Assembly (NCBI GenBank): GCA_028023455.1
Contig: JAQFVV010000006.1
Location: forward strand, 16,988,001 to 17,052,000
From: Epiperipatus broadwayi
Taxonomy: Eukaryota > Animalia > Onychophora
Reading direction: 5' to 3'
Length of the DNA: 64,000 nucleotides
Positions 11,104-23,725 of this stretch are shown in pieces. Under the pieces are notes generated by a model. It did not search any database and had not been told where the DNA came from. It worked only from the letters and a program-made list of their open reading frames with translations. Made by a program: the position numbers and the translations under genes. The first letter of the stretch is position 1. Every line of letters starts with the position of its first letter.

Positions 11104-12469
11104 TCAAGGAACACCAGATGGCAGTACTGATCTTTTTGTAAATATTTGTAAAAGAGTGAATATAAAATTTTTTGAATGCAGAATATTGAATGAGATTAAA
11201 AATAACTTGAGAAATGAAAAGGTATAGAAGGTAATGAAAAAGAGAAAGAAGTGTTTTTAAAGGTTTTTATGAAAAGAATAAACAATACCAGGATAAAGTA
11301 TTAGAAATAGTTAAATGAAAAAGAAGAAAAAGCATTAGATTAGTGCTTGGAGAGTAATTTGGTGAATGAGATTGGAATGTGAGAAATAGGGGATAAGAAG
11401 ATGAATTTATTGTAGTGTGTAACAGTTTCAATAGGAGGAAATGTCTATCATGGCTAACAAAGTGTTTGGGCATATACTCTATATGCTGAAACTAAAGTGA
11501 AGTAGCCGGATGAAATTGTAATCACATGATTTGTGAACATCATTTTTGAAAGTCATGAGAGAACACCTCGAGAAATAATACTGGAAATTTTGCATATTAA
11601 TATTTTATGTTTCACTTTTGAAAGTGGTTGAAGAATAGAATGTCATTATTTGGATTTCAAAATGAAAGTAAAATATTTGCCAGTTTATCTATTCTAAATT
11701 ATTTATCATAAATTATTATTAAAATTGAATGCATATAAATTATAATAAAATTAAAATATGAATTAGAAATAATGCATTCAAATTTCTTTGTTTAAATAAT
11801 AAACAATTAATATAAAAGAAAATTGACTTTCAGCTAAATATTTTATTCACTTCTGAATAAAGAATTCAGCACGGAGTAATGCCATATGATGTTAAATCTT
11901 TCTATAAACGAATTGGATCTTACTTATTAGAAAATAACATTGTCTTATCACAGTTTATCTATCTTTTCCATCATTCCCAAGATTAGTGGTAATTTGAAGA
12001 CTCCAAAGAACTCCTAACTGATTTTAGAAATTCAATTATTTATTTAACTGCAGAGTTTACAGGAAAACAATTGCTAGGCAGACTCTTATCTCATTGTTAT
12101 ATTGATTTGTTTGTTGTAAAAAAATTCTAAAGATTATTCGGTAAAGTTTTCTTGATAAAATAATAGTAAAATCTGCAAAGTAACATTAAATGTAGAGGTT
12201 TGAGAGTGTTAAAAGCCACTTACAAAATTAATCCCAAAAAGTATTGATCATGAAAGATTTAATGCGCTATTCTACACGAGATGATTGTAATACTATGTGT
12301 ACATATAGTGTAAAGCAAAGATCCACTGAAATGAGATGTTAAAAGCATCCAAAAATTTGGGAAAAAAGTTCATCTTACATTTGAAGTAATACAACATTTT
12401 GAATGAATTTTTTTTTTTAAAAAAAACATTTGCAATAGGTGTATTTTATTTACTCAAAATAAAATTATT

Positions 12470-12525
12470 GGGGATAGCTGAAGGGACCTTGGAAGTCTGT
12501 GTCTAAATCCCCCCTAATAATTACA
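12470..12525 (+). mobile_element. HHR-family terminal fragment
   Basis: ggatagctgaagggaccttggaagtctgtgtctaaatccccta...ttaca matches the family 3' motif. Confidence 0.55.
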
Positions 12526-12547
12526 TCAAAAGTTCAGTATGTACGTT

Positions 12548-15030
12548 GTAACGGTCAGGTTTGTACATTTGCCCAACAGACTGAGAATTCGGAAGAAAGA
12601 GAAACAGGCTGACCAAGTCGGGGTAGTGATACCCTACACCTGATCATACATGCCTTCCTTTACCTGTGCTTCCAAATCCCACACTAGCGAATGACCTGCC
12701 TGAGGCTACTCTCGATACTTCTTTGACCACATTCCGGTACTAGCAAAACGGTAGAACATGAGACTTTTCCCCCCTTAACTAATACTAAATGACTTAACTA
12801 GGGATTCATAAAGACTATGAGCAAGGATTGAGATTGAGAGGTGGTATATTTTAGAAAATTTAATATATAACTTCATAATTAATAAAACAAAATGTACAGA
12901 AATCAGTCACACGCAGGTGAAGATACATATTAGTAACAGATTAATAATTTAGCTTTACATGACCGGAAATACAGATAAATTTGTGATACAGAATAACAAA
13001 CAATAAAACCGATGTATATAAATGATTCACACACAGGTGAATGTTATTTTATATAGGATTAATATTTTAGCTTTATATACGATAAAACAAAATGTTACAG
13101 TGGCGAATTAACATTTACATTGGCCATTCTCTCTTTAATTAAGTAGGGATGAATAAATATTATACAAAGTTATGCAAGGATTTAGGCCAAGATATACATC
13201 AAGAACTTAGAAAAACGAGGGCGATCAGACTAGCTGAGATGATATTACTTATCATTAAATTTACTTCTAATTCATGATACAAATTAATCAAGTTATTTCA
13301 GATACTGGCTCAGATCAAAGCCAAGGTTATTTAATAAAGCGGGCATAACTGACGGAGCAGTGCCACTTCAGATTCTACGGCATGTCAAATATATTAGTAG
13401 AAGGAGGGCATCTCGAAAGTGTGCTCATAAAGATTTATTATCAACTAATCAGTTCTTTGAACCGCACTGCTTGCTATACTAATAAAAGAGACTTCTTGAG
13501 TCCGGAGGATTGAACAGCTACTTCTAAGGATGAGACTCTTTGGTCCCTATCAAATATTAAATACAAAACAGCTTTGCTGTCTGAACTAACTGGCACAGTT
13601 TGACATTAATTCAACCTCAATGCAGACACATATATGTAGAGAATATAGCAAGAAGCTAAGAATTATTTTGCTAATGAGCATCACATTTGCTCCGTGAATT
13701 AAATACACAAAATACGGAGCATCTAGCTGTGGTACTGCCATTAATCAGTTCCGTAATAGTACATAATAATTCGACTATAGGGAATACTTAGAATCTGGCT
13801 TAAGAATTATCTGTACTACTTAAGACATATAATTACTGGTTTTACAGTATATTTTGGGAGTTATTAAGGATCTAAATATTAATTGCACATATACTGTAGA
13901 AAATCGCTCTCGCTTAATGCAAATAAACACTCATATTATAGATAGCTGTATTATCAGTGGCGGAATAATATTAACTACAGAAGGGAGTTTGTCTGTTTCT
14001 TTATAGCAAATGAGCACAATGAGAGCATATAAGTATCTCTCTGATAATTAATAATTCGCCAAACTCCGTTCTCATTAGTTTAGCATAAATCAAACATAAC
14101 TATAATAAAAAATGGCATGAAATAACATCTAAACAATAAATAAGGTTGTAATACAATTATCACTAAAGTTTTAGGGTTTAAACATTAAAGATTAAAAAGA
14201 ATATATGCGTATGTGTATGGTCAAGCAAGATTTGATAAAATGACTACTTTAAATTAAAAATATAGCAGATTTACATTTATTTAGCAGAGTTATACAGGAG
14301 ACATAATGGTCACTAGCTTGATAGTTATTTTAAAGAATTAAATGGTATTTTTAGCATGCTTTACTGTAATTCTCGAGAGGAATTCTAATAGACGTTCGTG
14401 TATGGGCGGCTTCTCTGAGCATGATTCCTATTCTCTATTGGCGGATGTGAATCTGGCTTTCTGACACAGTTTGGTAGATACAGCTTCACTATTTTAATGT
14501 GGCTTATTAGATACAGTTTGCTTACGGCTGGGGTGGCTTACTGGGACAGCTTTATTATTGCTGGTGTGGCTTCTAGATACAGCTCCATTACTATCGATGT
14601 GGTTGGCTTATACTTATAGGGCAGCTGTTGATGGTTCTTTGGTGTAAGATGGTCGGTGTTATTACCATTGGTAGAATTACTCTAGTGGAAGATAAACAGC
14701 AACTCTTATCTCCCACTAGCCAATGGTTCTCATCTTAGCAGCTTTAAGTGTTTCTAGACAGTACTCAAACTTGGTCTCCCCATGAGGTTGACAGCCAAAT
14801 ATAGTTACATGTGTGCTGGTTCTATATTTTCTTTATAATATACTTTTTTTATAATAATAAAACTAAGTTTTTATAGCTATATTCAGCACACACACCCTAT
14901 TTCTTTCCTGCTCTAACTACGTCACTTGTTTACTGCTTCAAACCTCGTGCTCTTAATTATATTTTACCTCGTTTAGCTATGAGTAAAACTCTCCCTGGGA
15001 CCCTTCCAAATGGTCAAGTCAGGATTTACG
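12548..15030. mobile_element. Unclassified GC/CpG-richer insertion, possibly long-LTR-like
   Basis: Starts tgtaacg with an abrupt composition shift and contains internal tandem repeats. No TSD or protein identified. Confidence 0.25.
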
Positions 15031-15069
15031 ACTGACTGATTTTTAAATTGACTTTTTAGCTATAAGGCT

Positions 15070-15395
15070 AATTAAGTTAAAATGTTATTTTGGTCAAATG
15101 CTAAAATTCATAAAGAACTTTACAGTCCGTAGTTTTAAACAAAATCATTAACCTAAAATAATTTTAAGAAGATGCTAATTTAGTCAAGCTTTAACTAAAA
15201 CATAATTTTAAGCAAGTATTAACTCATAAACACTTTATCGTCGGCATTTCTAACAAAGAATAAACTGGAAATAATTTTAAGTAATGCCCATTTGGTCAAT
15301 CTTTAACTAAAATATTATTTTGAACAAATATTAACTCGTAAGCAACTTTACCACCTGTATTTCTAACTAGGAATAAACTTGAAATAATTTTTAAA
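15070..15395. repeat. Degenerate tandem repeat, ~113-bp unit, 2-3 copies
   Basis: The string tt(t/a)gtcaa.ctttaactaaaa...aataaact.gaaataatttt recurs. Confidence 0.6.
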
Positions 15396-16630
15396 AGAAT
15401 ATTAAGACTAAAATTTTAAATATGTGATTTTTACCAAAGTTTAAATATAATTCTATACTTAAATTCTAGCTGCCCATACTGTTAGGTTTACACAGTTTTA
15501 ATAAATGGAGGGCTATATGTGCGCATATATTACCTTTACTTTTATATATATTGCAATGAAATAAGCACTTATACAGGCACATACTCTATAATTATTAAGA
15601 GCACTCTAAATTAAAGAAATACATGCATTTTGCAGTGAAATAATGTACAAATAAATATACTACTATGACTATAGTAAGTGAAACAGGTGGATCTAACTGT
15701 TTCAACGTTAAACTTGTGTTCAAAGATCAAAATAAAACTGTACAAATTAATACTCATAATGTATAAATAATTACTTATTTATGATAATTTATAAATTATA
15801 AATATGACTTTGTGCAGTTTTATTGAATAAATACTTGAGAACACAAAATAAAATATATTTAGTGCCAAAAATTATATTTTATTTCCTTGATTGCTTTATT
15901 GTGAATCTGTTAATAACATTTTTATTGCTTTTTGTGAATTCTATAGATAAAATTTCTAGTGAAGAAAATTGATTTTACATTAATGTGACCAGAACATTGT
16001 AAACTATTTAAGTATACATGATTTTATGTAACTGAAAAATCTACATCACTGCACAAACAATCCTTCTACAATTCTATTAATTCAATGTGATAGAGGATTC
16101 AAATTACAGAATTTTGGCAGAAAAAAAAAGAGAAGCATAATTAATAAGTGATAAAATATTTTATTTTTTGATTTTCACACACACAAAAAAACATAGATCA
16201 CGTAGGTGCACAATTCACATTGCCTCGGGCCGACTTCGATGACAAGTGTATTTGATTCTTCATTTATGTTTTATTAAGAGTCTGATTTATACATCTAGAG
16301 AAAAATATTAAATTAACACCATATATCTATAGAAAATTAAAAGCAAGAGAAGGAAAAATCATTACTGGGCTCATGGATGCCTTTTTGTCTCCCCCTCCCT
16401 TCAAAATAAATGTTACAATAAAACAAATTTTGAATGATTATTTATAGGACTTCCACCCACCTCTATATCCTTCTCTTATAAAGAAAAAAATAGTTAGTCA
16501 TCAGTCATTTGTTTGATTGTGCATTTTTTCATGCCTTACAATCTCATTTACTGTCATAGATTTAACATGAAGTATCCTGGAATAAGAACGTTAAATGCAA
16601 TTACAATTAAAACCAAATTCTATGAAGATA

Positions 16631-17019
16631 AAGAGCTGACTATTGAGTAGAAAATCTGAAGTTTTCAGACACCTAAATGTCTTCAAACCTAGCTATCTTA
16701 CTCAAATAGCTATATGGGGCTGAGAGATCTTCAGCCAAGCCATATATTAGAAGTCTTAGCAATATAAGATTGCTTAAGACTAAAAGCGAAGACTATAAAT
16801 AGTCAATAAAAAAATGAAAAATAGTCTATTTTTTATTTTTTTATAGTTTATTTATAGTTTTTGCTTTTAGTCTTAAGCAATCTTATATTGCTAAGACTTC
16901 TAATATATGGTTTGGCTGAAGATCTCCCAGCCCCATATAGCTATTTGAGTTAGATAGTTGGGTTTGAAGACATTTAGGTATCTGAAAACTTCAGATTTTC
17001 TACTCAATAGTCAACTCTT
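16631..17019. repeat. 389-bp near-perfect palindrome (foldback element)
   Basis: The arms pair from the ends to a centre at 16825 with essentially no spacer. A possible agata direct repeat flanks it. Confidence 0.9.
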
Positions 17020-19643
17020 AGATAAATACTGACTTTGGGTTGGTGTTTTTAGATCTAATATCTGACGCTACCCTAGCGCCTCTCTATATGAAGATAAAAT
17101 ATCAAATAAATTCTTAGATATATATTTTGAAGTTATATTTAATATGTAAAGTTTTTTATTTTATTTTAAAAAATAAAAAAAAATATTGATGTAATAACAA
17201 TGGGAGATTTAGTGAATTTGTAGAGCAGTTATGTAGATCATTAAACAATTATTAACTTCTTTCTGGTTGTTAACAACAATTAAATATGATCGAAATAATT
17301 ATCATAGATGTTGGTTATTTTAAATACTTGCAAATCATATTTGATAATAAAGTTTATAAAATATATGAAAAATTATTAATTAAAGTAAAAGGTATTGTTA
17401 AGTCGCCTTTGGATTATCCAAAAATATTCATCTTTATATGATTATCATAAATATTAAAATTAATTATTTAAACTTCTATTGACTAAGACGCACTGCTGGA
17501 AAACATTTATTTAAAGTTAGATTTGTTGATATAGGTTTATTCAAATAATTTATTTGCATTTGTGTGTTTATTTAAATATTAGGTTCAATTATTTAACCCT
17601 CCATTGACTAAGATATAGTAGTTCTATATGAATATATCATTAATGCACTTTCTTATATCGATGCTAATTTAATATTGATTAAATAAAGAGTGATTCACTT
17701 TTATCCAACTACTACATTACTACAGGTTAATAAATCGATCATTGACACTTGAAAGAGGTGACATTTTTTGGCATTGGTACATAAAAGTGGATGTTTGCAA
17801 GCTTTTCAGAACAGAATGATTATTGGGATCTGACTTGTGAATTATTATCATGGTTTGTGCATTGAATTAAATTTGTCTTAAAATATTTTATTCTCAGCGC
17901 TACTTATTTTTAGCCATATATACTGTTTTGAGAGTCTGTACTATCATTGTCAGTTCTGATATATATATGTAATAAGCAAGCTTGTAATAACATTCTTTAA
18001 GAAGTATGTCTATAAAGATTAAGTTCATGATATTTAGTTTTTGATATCGCACACAAATTGAATTTCTGGTGCATGCACGCTCATGTATAATGTTATTTTA
18101 GGAACATTTTTTTTTCAATTTCCACATGTCATTTCTTTTACTTATAATAATAAAAAAATCAATTTTGTTAAAAATAGTTACACATAATTGGGTTAAAATT
18201 TAATATACACCTGTAACAATTATAATAATTTTTATTATTATTGCTAATTAGATTTATTTCGAAAACTTTTGAGTTTAATAAGTTTATCTATGAATATTTA
18301 TCGTAATTTATCTCTATAAAATGTCTCTAAAGTTAGACACTGCAAAAGAAATTACAATTCTAATATATATATATATATCACATACGTATAATTGATTTAA
18401 CACACATGCGCGCGCACAATATATATATATATGCAGATCAGTTTGCCTTGTTCAAAATGCTATCATTGTTCTAGTTCATTTCTATACTTTGTTAGAGCTT
18501 TGTTTTTTTCTTCTATTGGGACAGCTGGGTCATTCATTCTATATTCTAGCCATATCTATTATTCATATTTGTATTAAATATTATAATTCAAGCAGTATAT
18601 AATCTTTTCATATCCCCATAGTAGAGATTTAAAAAATTTTGCTATTTCAATATTTTAAGGCTGAGAAATATCAGGATAACGATGTTAGAAATAAGGATTT
18701 ATTGCTCGGGAAAGTTTTTAAGAGCTTTGACCGCCGGAAGTGATAGAGCAGAACCACAATCCATGGATCTAGAACTGCCAATTTATCACTGCACCAAATG
18801 TTGGAAGTAAGTTTCAAATATCACATGGCAAATTGCATACGAATTCTGTTAAAGCAGTTGTCCAGATATTGTGGATTCTTAAATGAAACCGATTCAACTC
18901 AAGCAACAGCCAACTTATTTAAACCCATTGATTTTTTCATCCAGGTATCTTAGTTATATATTTTGAATCTGATCAATAGTTAATGAGGTGAAATTTAAAT
19001 CCGAATTAGTTCAAACGATAAAATTAATGCCAAAAGTTATACAAGTTGATTTATTTACTTCTATTTACTTTATTTAAAGTCATCAAATGACCTTAAACAA
19101 TTAGTTGGGAGTGGCTTTATGTGGGAGTTTCAAACGTGTTTTATACATATTAACTGTTTCTCCTGACTGTAAAAAACTGCAACATGTTATTCTTTAAAAA
19201 CAAATCACAACCCCCAGATAATTAATATAACTAGTAAATAAGGAAGATGAAAAAACAATTAATCAGATAAATAGGGTCAGTGAAATATTTTTAAAATGTT
19301 ATAGTAATTTGGGATCCAAACATTTGTCATTTTACATATATATATATGGTGATTAATATCTCATTAGTAAATTTTTGAATTTACAGTATGTTCAGTATGA
19401 CGAGAAAGATCTATAGTTAGAACCTAAATTCAAACCCTTTTTTCCTCTCCCAAAACACTTCAAGTCGATTATTTTTCCTGGCAAATTCACTTTATTGTCA
19501 TAAATTTAGAATAAATGAAAAACGATCATTTTATTCTTTCATAATTGACAAAGTAGCGTCTTCTATTATCTGCAATGATCAAAAACTTTTCATTTAAGCT
19601 ATTTGTGCATGGGTTTTGCTATACAGGACATTTATTGACTTTT

Positions 19644-19797
19644 TATGTTGAGTGCTGGTTCAGCAAAAAATTGTATTTTAGTGATTGATCATTTATCTTT
19701 TCTACATATGTGTGGTCATGTGTATCAGTGTTATATAAGATAGTGTGTGATAGTTGAAGGGCGCTTGAAAGTCTGTGTTCAAATCCCATATATATAT
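19644..19797 (+). mobile_element. HHR-family fragment G with an eroded ribozyme
   Basis: atgttga gtgctg-gtt-cagca aaaaa ttgta tt ttagtga, followed by sequence matching 59120-59215. Confidence 0.75.
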
Positions 19798-20899
19798 ATT
19801 AACAAAAACTATCCCAAATTAAAAAAAACCCACCCAACTTTGACAATAATAATATTTAAAACAAAGCCTAAAAATTGAAAATGCAATCATACATATTTGT
19901 TCTTCATGATTTCATATTAATTTAATAAAAGGCAATGCCTAAACAGTCATTCGTTCAGGATATGATGAACATGAAAGAAAGAGTTTGTTAAAATTTTATC
20001 CATTTAAAGCAAAAGTAATGTTTTCGCTGATATTGATAAATTCAATAAGATACTACAGTAAAGTTTACTTGGAATGATAGCAATGGATATTGGTGACTTT
20101 TCAAGAAAAACTTAGAAGTCAGTAATCTAATTTGTTTTATTGAAACGACATTCAGAAGAGAATTAGTCTGAAACCTGAACAAACATAGTAGATGATGCCA
20201 TTATTGCACATGATCTCATTACATTTACAAACATATTTAAAAAAAAATAATATTAAATATTTCTTATAATAAAATAGAAAATCATAAGTTAAGTGCTGGC
20301 AAAATAATAAATTTATACTAAAATTCTCTAACAACCTTGGGTTCAATTATTATCAAATAGATCCTTCTCAAGTGAAAATCAAAAACACAAAAAATATACA
20401 TGTATAGAACAGAAATAGGCTTCCCATAATTCATTTTAAAAACTACCCACCTTCGGTATCAAAAAAAGTTTTCATAAGATTGATGGCCTCATATTCCAGA
20501 ACATTTATCATCAGTTTCTTTAACTTTACTTATTAATTCATAAACAATAACTTCTGCATTATCAAATAATATTTTATGACTTGTATTCATTGATAAGTGA
20601 AAAGTAAAATTGTATTTGCAAGTTTATTAAAATGACTCACTATGGGTCTGCCTGCAAAATAATTCTGAATAAGTATTTGGAACAAAAGTGTCCTGTGATA
20701 TGATTATAATCCTAAACGTTACATAGTCAAGCAGTAATAAGTTATTTATGTGATGCTGAAATTAGTAATAATGAATATACTAGTATGAGTTATGACATCT
20801 ATTTTTATCTTTATTCTAAGGAATTTTAACTCTTTTTTCATTAAGTCTTAATTTATTTTGATATATATATAAATTTTATGATGACTTGTAGAAATAGCA

Positions 20900-22060
20900 A
20901 AAATACACACCATTACTTGAGAAAGATGGGAATTTGATTTATAAAACATGCATTGATGATGTGTTTGTACGTGGCATCAAATCTACAGTGGGCTGTTGAA
21001 AACAAGAATATAATTGGGAGTTTAAAATATTTGGATTGAATTTGTAATAGAAATAAAAACTTTTTAGATTACAAAATGTTTATTAAGCCAATTGAGATTA
21101 GAGAATGGGTTATAAACTAGCTGATTTCAAAGATTTTCTAAATCAGAACTACTCCTTATGTAGATGTGAATAGGATAAAAAAGCATAATATTGAGATGTA
21201 TGTAAAGCAGGGGTCCCCGACCTTTTTGCACTTAAGAGCACATTCTATAATAGCAGTCAGGTGGCGGGCACCATTTATTTTTTCAATGTAAATTTATAGT
21301 TGGATATTGTTAATAATACACATAATGTACAAAAAAATATTTATTTCAGAAATAAAATTGTAACATATAATTAACGTTTATATTTTTACGCTGTAAAAGT
21401 ATACTATGCCCTACAATTTGATTACAATATAATACAATAATTTATAAGAAATTTTAAAAATTAAATTTATTTGTGTCAGATAAATAATTTTTTATCGTGT
21501 TCGGATAGTGGCAGGCACACATAAAATGGTCTGCAGGTGCCATGGTACCCGCGGGCATAGGATTGGGGACCCCTGATGTAAAGGATCTAATTAAAATTGG
21601 ATATAAATAAGAAATCTTTTATAAAGTATGAAAATTAAAAATTTTAATTCTAAGCCTTAGGTTGCTGTGCCACATATCCCTGCCATTGTAAAGAAAATTT
21701 TTAATCAAAATTTTAATGTAGGCTTTAGGATTCAAACTAACATAAACTTGATATGGCAGAATTTTCACAATTTATATATATTGTTCAACGCAATGGCCTG
21801 AAGGGTTCTGCTATTTATTGTGGTGAAACTTGAGCCAATATCACAAACCTAGAATTAGGTCGTGTGAATATATAGACAATAGAGTTAAGGAAAATTCAAC
21901 ACATGTCTCTATTTTTGGATCATGAAAAGGAGTATAGATATATGTTTGATTTGGGTATGTAGAGCAAATGACTGGAAGTGAAAAAAGAGTGATGGTACAT
22001 TGCTAACTATATTAATGTTATAAATAAAAGATAGCTGTCAATTATGTAATTATTGGAAGT
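20900..22060 (+). pseudogene. Penelope-like element remnant (RT motif C/thumb plus GIY-YIG), interrupted by a hAT MITE
   Basis: TCIDDVFV at 20946, FLDYKMFIKP, VAVPHIPAIVKKIF, IYCGET at 21813-21830 and SLFLDHEKEYRYMFD occur in PLE order. Confidence 0.7.
21208..21575 (+). mobile_element. hAT MITE
   Basis: TIR CAGGGGTCCCC/GGGGACCCCTG with an exact 8-bp TSD ATGTAAAG at 21200-21207 and 21576-21583. Confidence 0.95.
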
Positions 22061-22127
22061 GTTTTTAAAGAAGATATTGCTAATTTAAAGCAATTGTTGA
22101 GTTTAGGCCATAATAGTCTGAAAATGC

Positions 22128-22236
22128 TGTCAAGCATTGGTGGTTGAGAGGTCAGCGATAGCTGCTTTATAAGCAGTTGTCCCGGGTTAGCGGGTTCGCT
22201 TCTCGGCTGATACTATGACGCATTAAAAAAAAAAAA
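22128..22236 (+). mobile_element. tRNA-derived SINE, copy 2
   Basis: Same family as 9496. Has a poly(A) tail and a 13-bp TSD agtctgaaaatgc at 22115-22127 and 22237-22249. Confidence 0.92.
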
Positions 22237-23725
22237 AGTCTGAAAATGCACTGAGCTAAATTGAATTCATATTGTATTTTATATTGTCTTCATAAAACAT
22301 GTATAAGCATATATTTTGCATAATATTAAAAATATATTTTTTGATCTCTAAAAGTTATATATTAAAAAATAATGTTTTATAGTCAGTTTTAATCTTTTTT
22401 TAAAATTTCACATAATAAAATTAAAATAAAATTACTTTTGTGTTCATTAAATTAATTATTCAGAAACTAATAGGTAACACAGAAGTAATTTTATTTTACC
22501 ACAAACTCTATTCAAAATGAAGGTTATAAATCTATAACAAAAATTAACCTTAGAGTTTGACCCTCAACTTGGTATGTTTATCTGCGTAAGAATTTGTCAA
22601 AATATAATTTGATGAAAGTAGTTTGAAATCCTCATTTAATTTGAGTGGGTACCCATCTTAATATATCCTTCCTATTCTTCAATTATATATATATTAAAAA
22701 TATTGCATGGAGTGTAACTTGACTCAAAATTGTAAAAAAGCTATCATTTGAATTATGTTCTATACATTATCTTCATTCTTGTGTAAGCTGATTGTAATAG
22801 ATTTTTTTTTTTTGTTTGTTTGTTTTTGGTCTACAGTATTATCATTGATGTAATAAATATTATTGTAACATTTTGAAATTTGCAACAGTTGTCATTATTT
22901 AAAATGACAATTTGACAGCTATACATTTATTGGATATCAGATATAAAGTTATCCATTGATCTGTTAAAAGTAATGTTAAAGTTTTTATAACATATTTAAT
23001 TAGACTATCTACAGTGACAAATATCTTGTAGTTTATTTTCCATTTATAATTTATGCAAATCGTGACAGAATTCAGATTCATTATTGGTCACTTGAAAGTG
23101 TGTTATAATTCCTTCTGAACAGAAACAATTATCCTCCCCCCCCAAGATACTAATAGTATAGGAGTAATATAAAAAATCTAATATACTGACCAGAATTAAT
23201 GAGATTTTATTCTGCAAACGACATAATAATAATAGGGCTGCAAACAAGAAGGTTGCTGTTAACTTAAAAAGATCTGTTGACTTCTTTTTGAAGTCTTAAA
23301 GGAACCAAGCATGGCAAAGTCCTAATGTGTATTCCATATATGTAACTATGTGGTTATTTATATGATAAATGAACATAGATTGGCTTCTCACTAACACAGT
23401 TCTACAAGTTTATTGGTGTTTTATCTCTTGAGTTCAAGAGCAAGAAATACCATAGCCCTTGTCTTGTATTGTCTGATAATTCCTAAAACTGAAACAGTTG
23501 TATTTCCTTGAAAGCAGGTTATGTATATCTGTGATATATATATATATATAAGTGGTATTTACAATTATGAAAGTCAAAACTAAATTATGATTGCTATTCT
23601 CAAGAGGCTGAAAAATCATCAGCCAAGTCTGTTGTTAGTAGTTGAAGACAGAGAATCTTCTGATTGTGGATGCAGGCTGTCATTCAATGATGATGTTTTA
23701 TTAAACTACCCATGATTGTGTTTCC

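Noticed and set aside
23280-23725. HDV-like ribozyme expected at an RTE 5' end
   Set aside because: No nested double pseudoknot could be traced.
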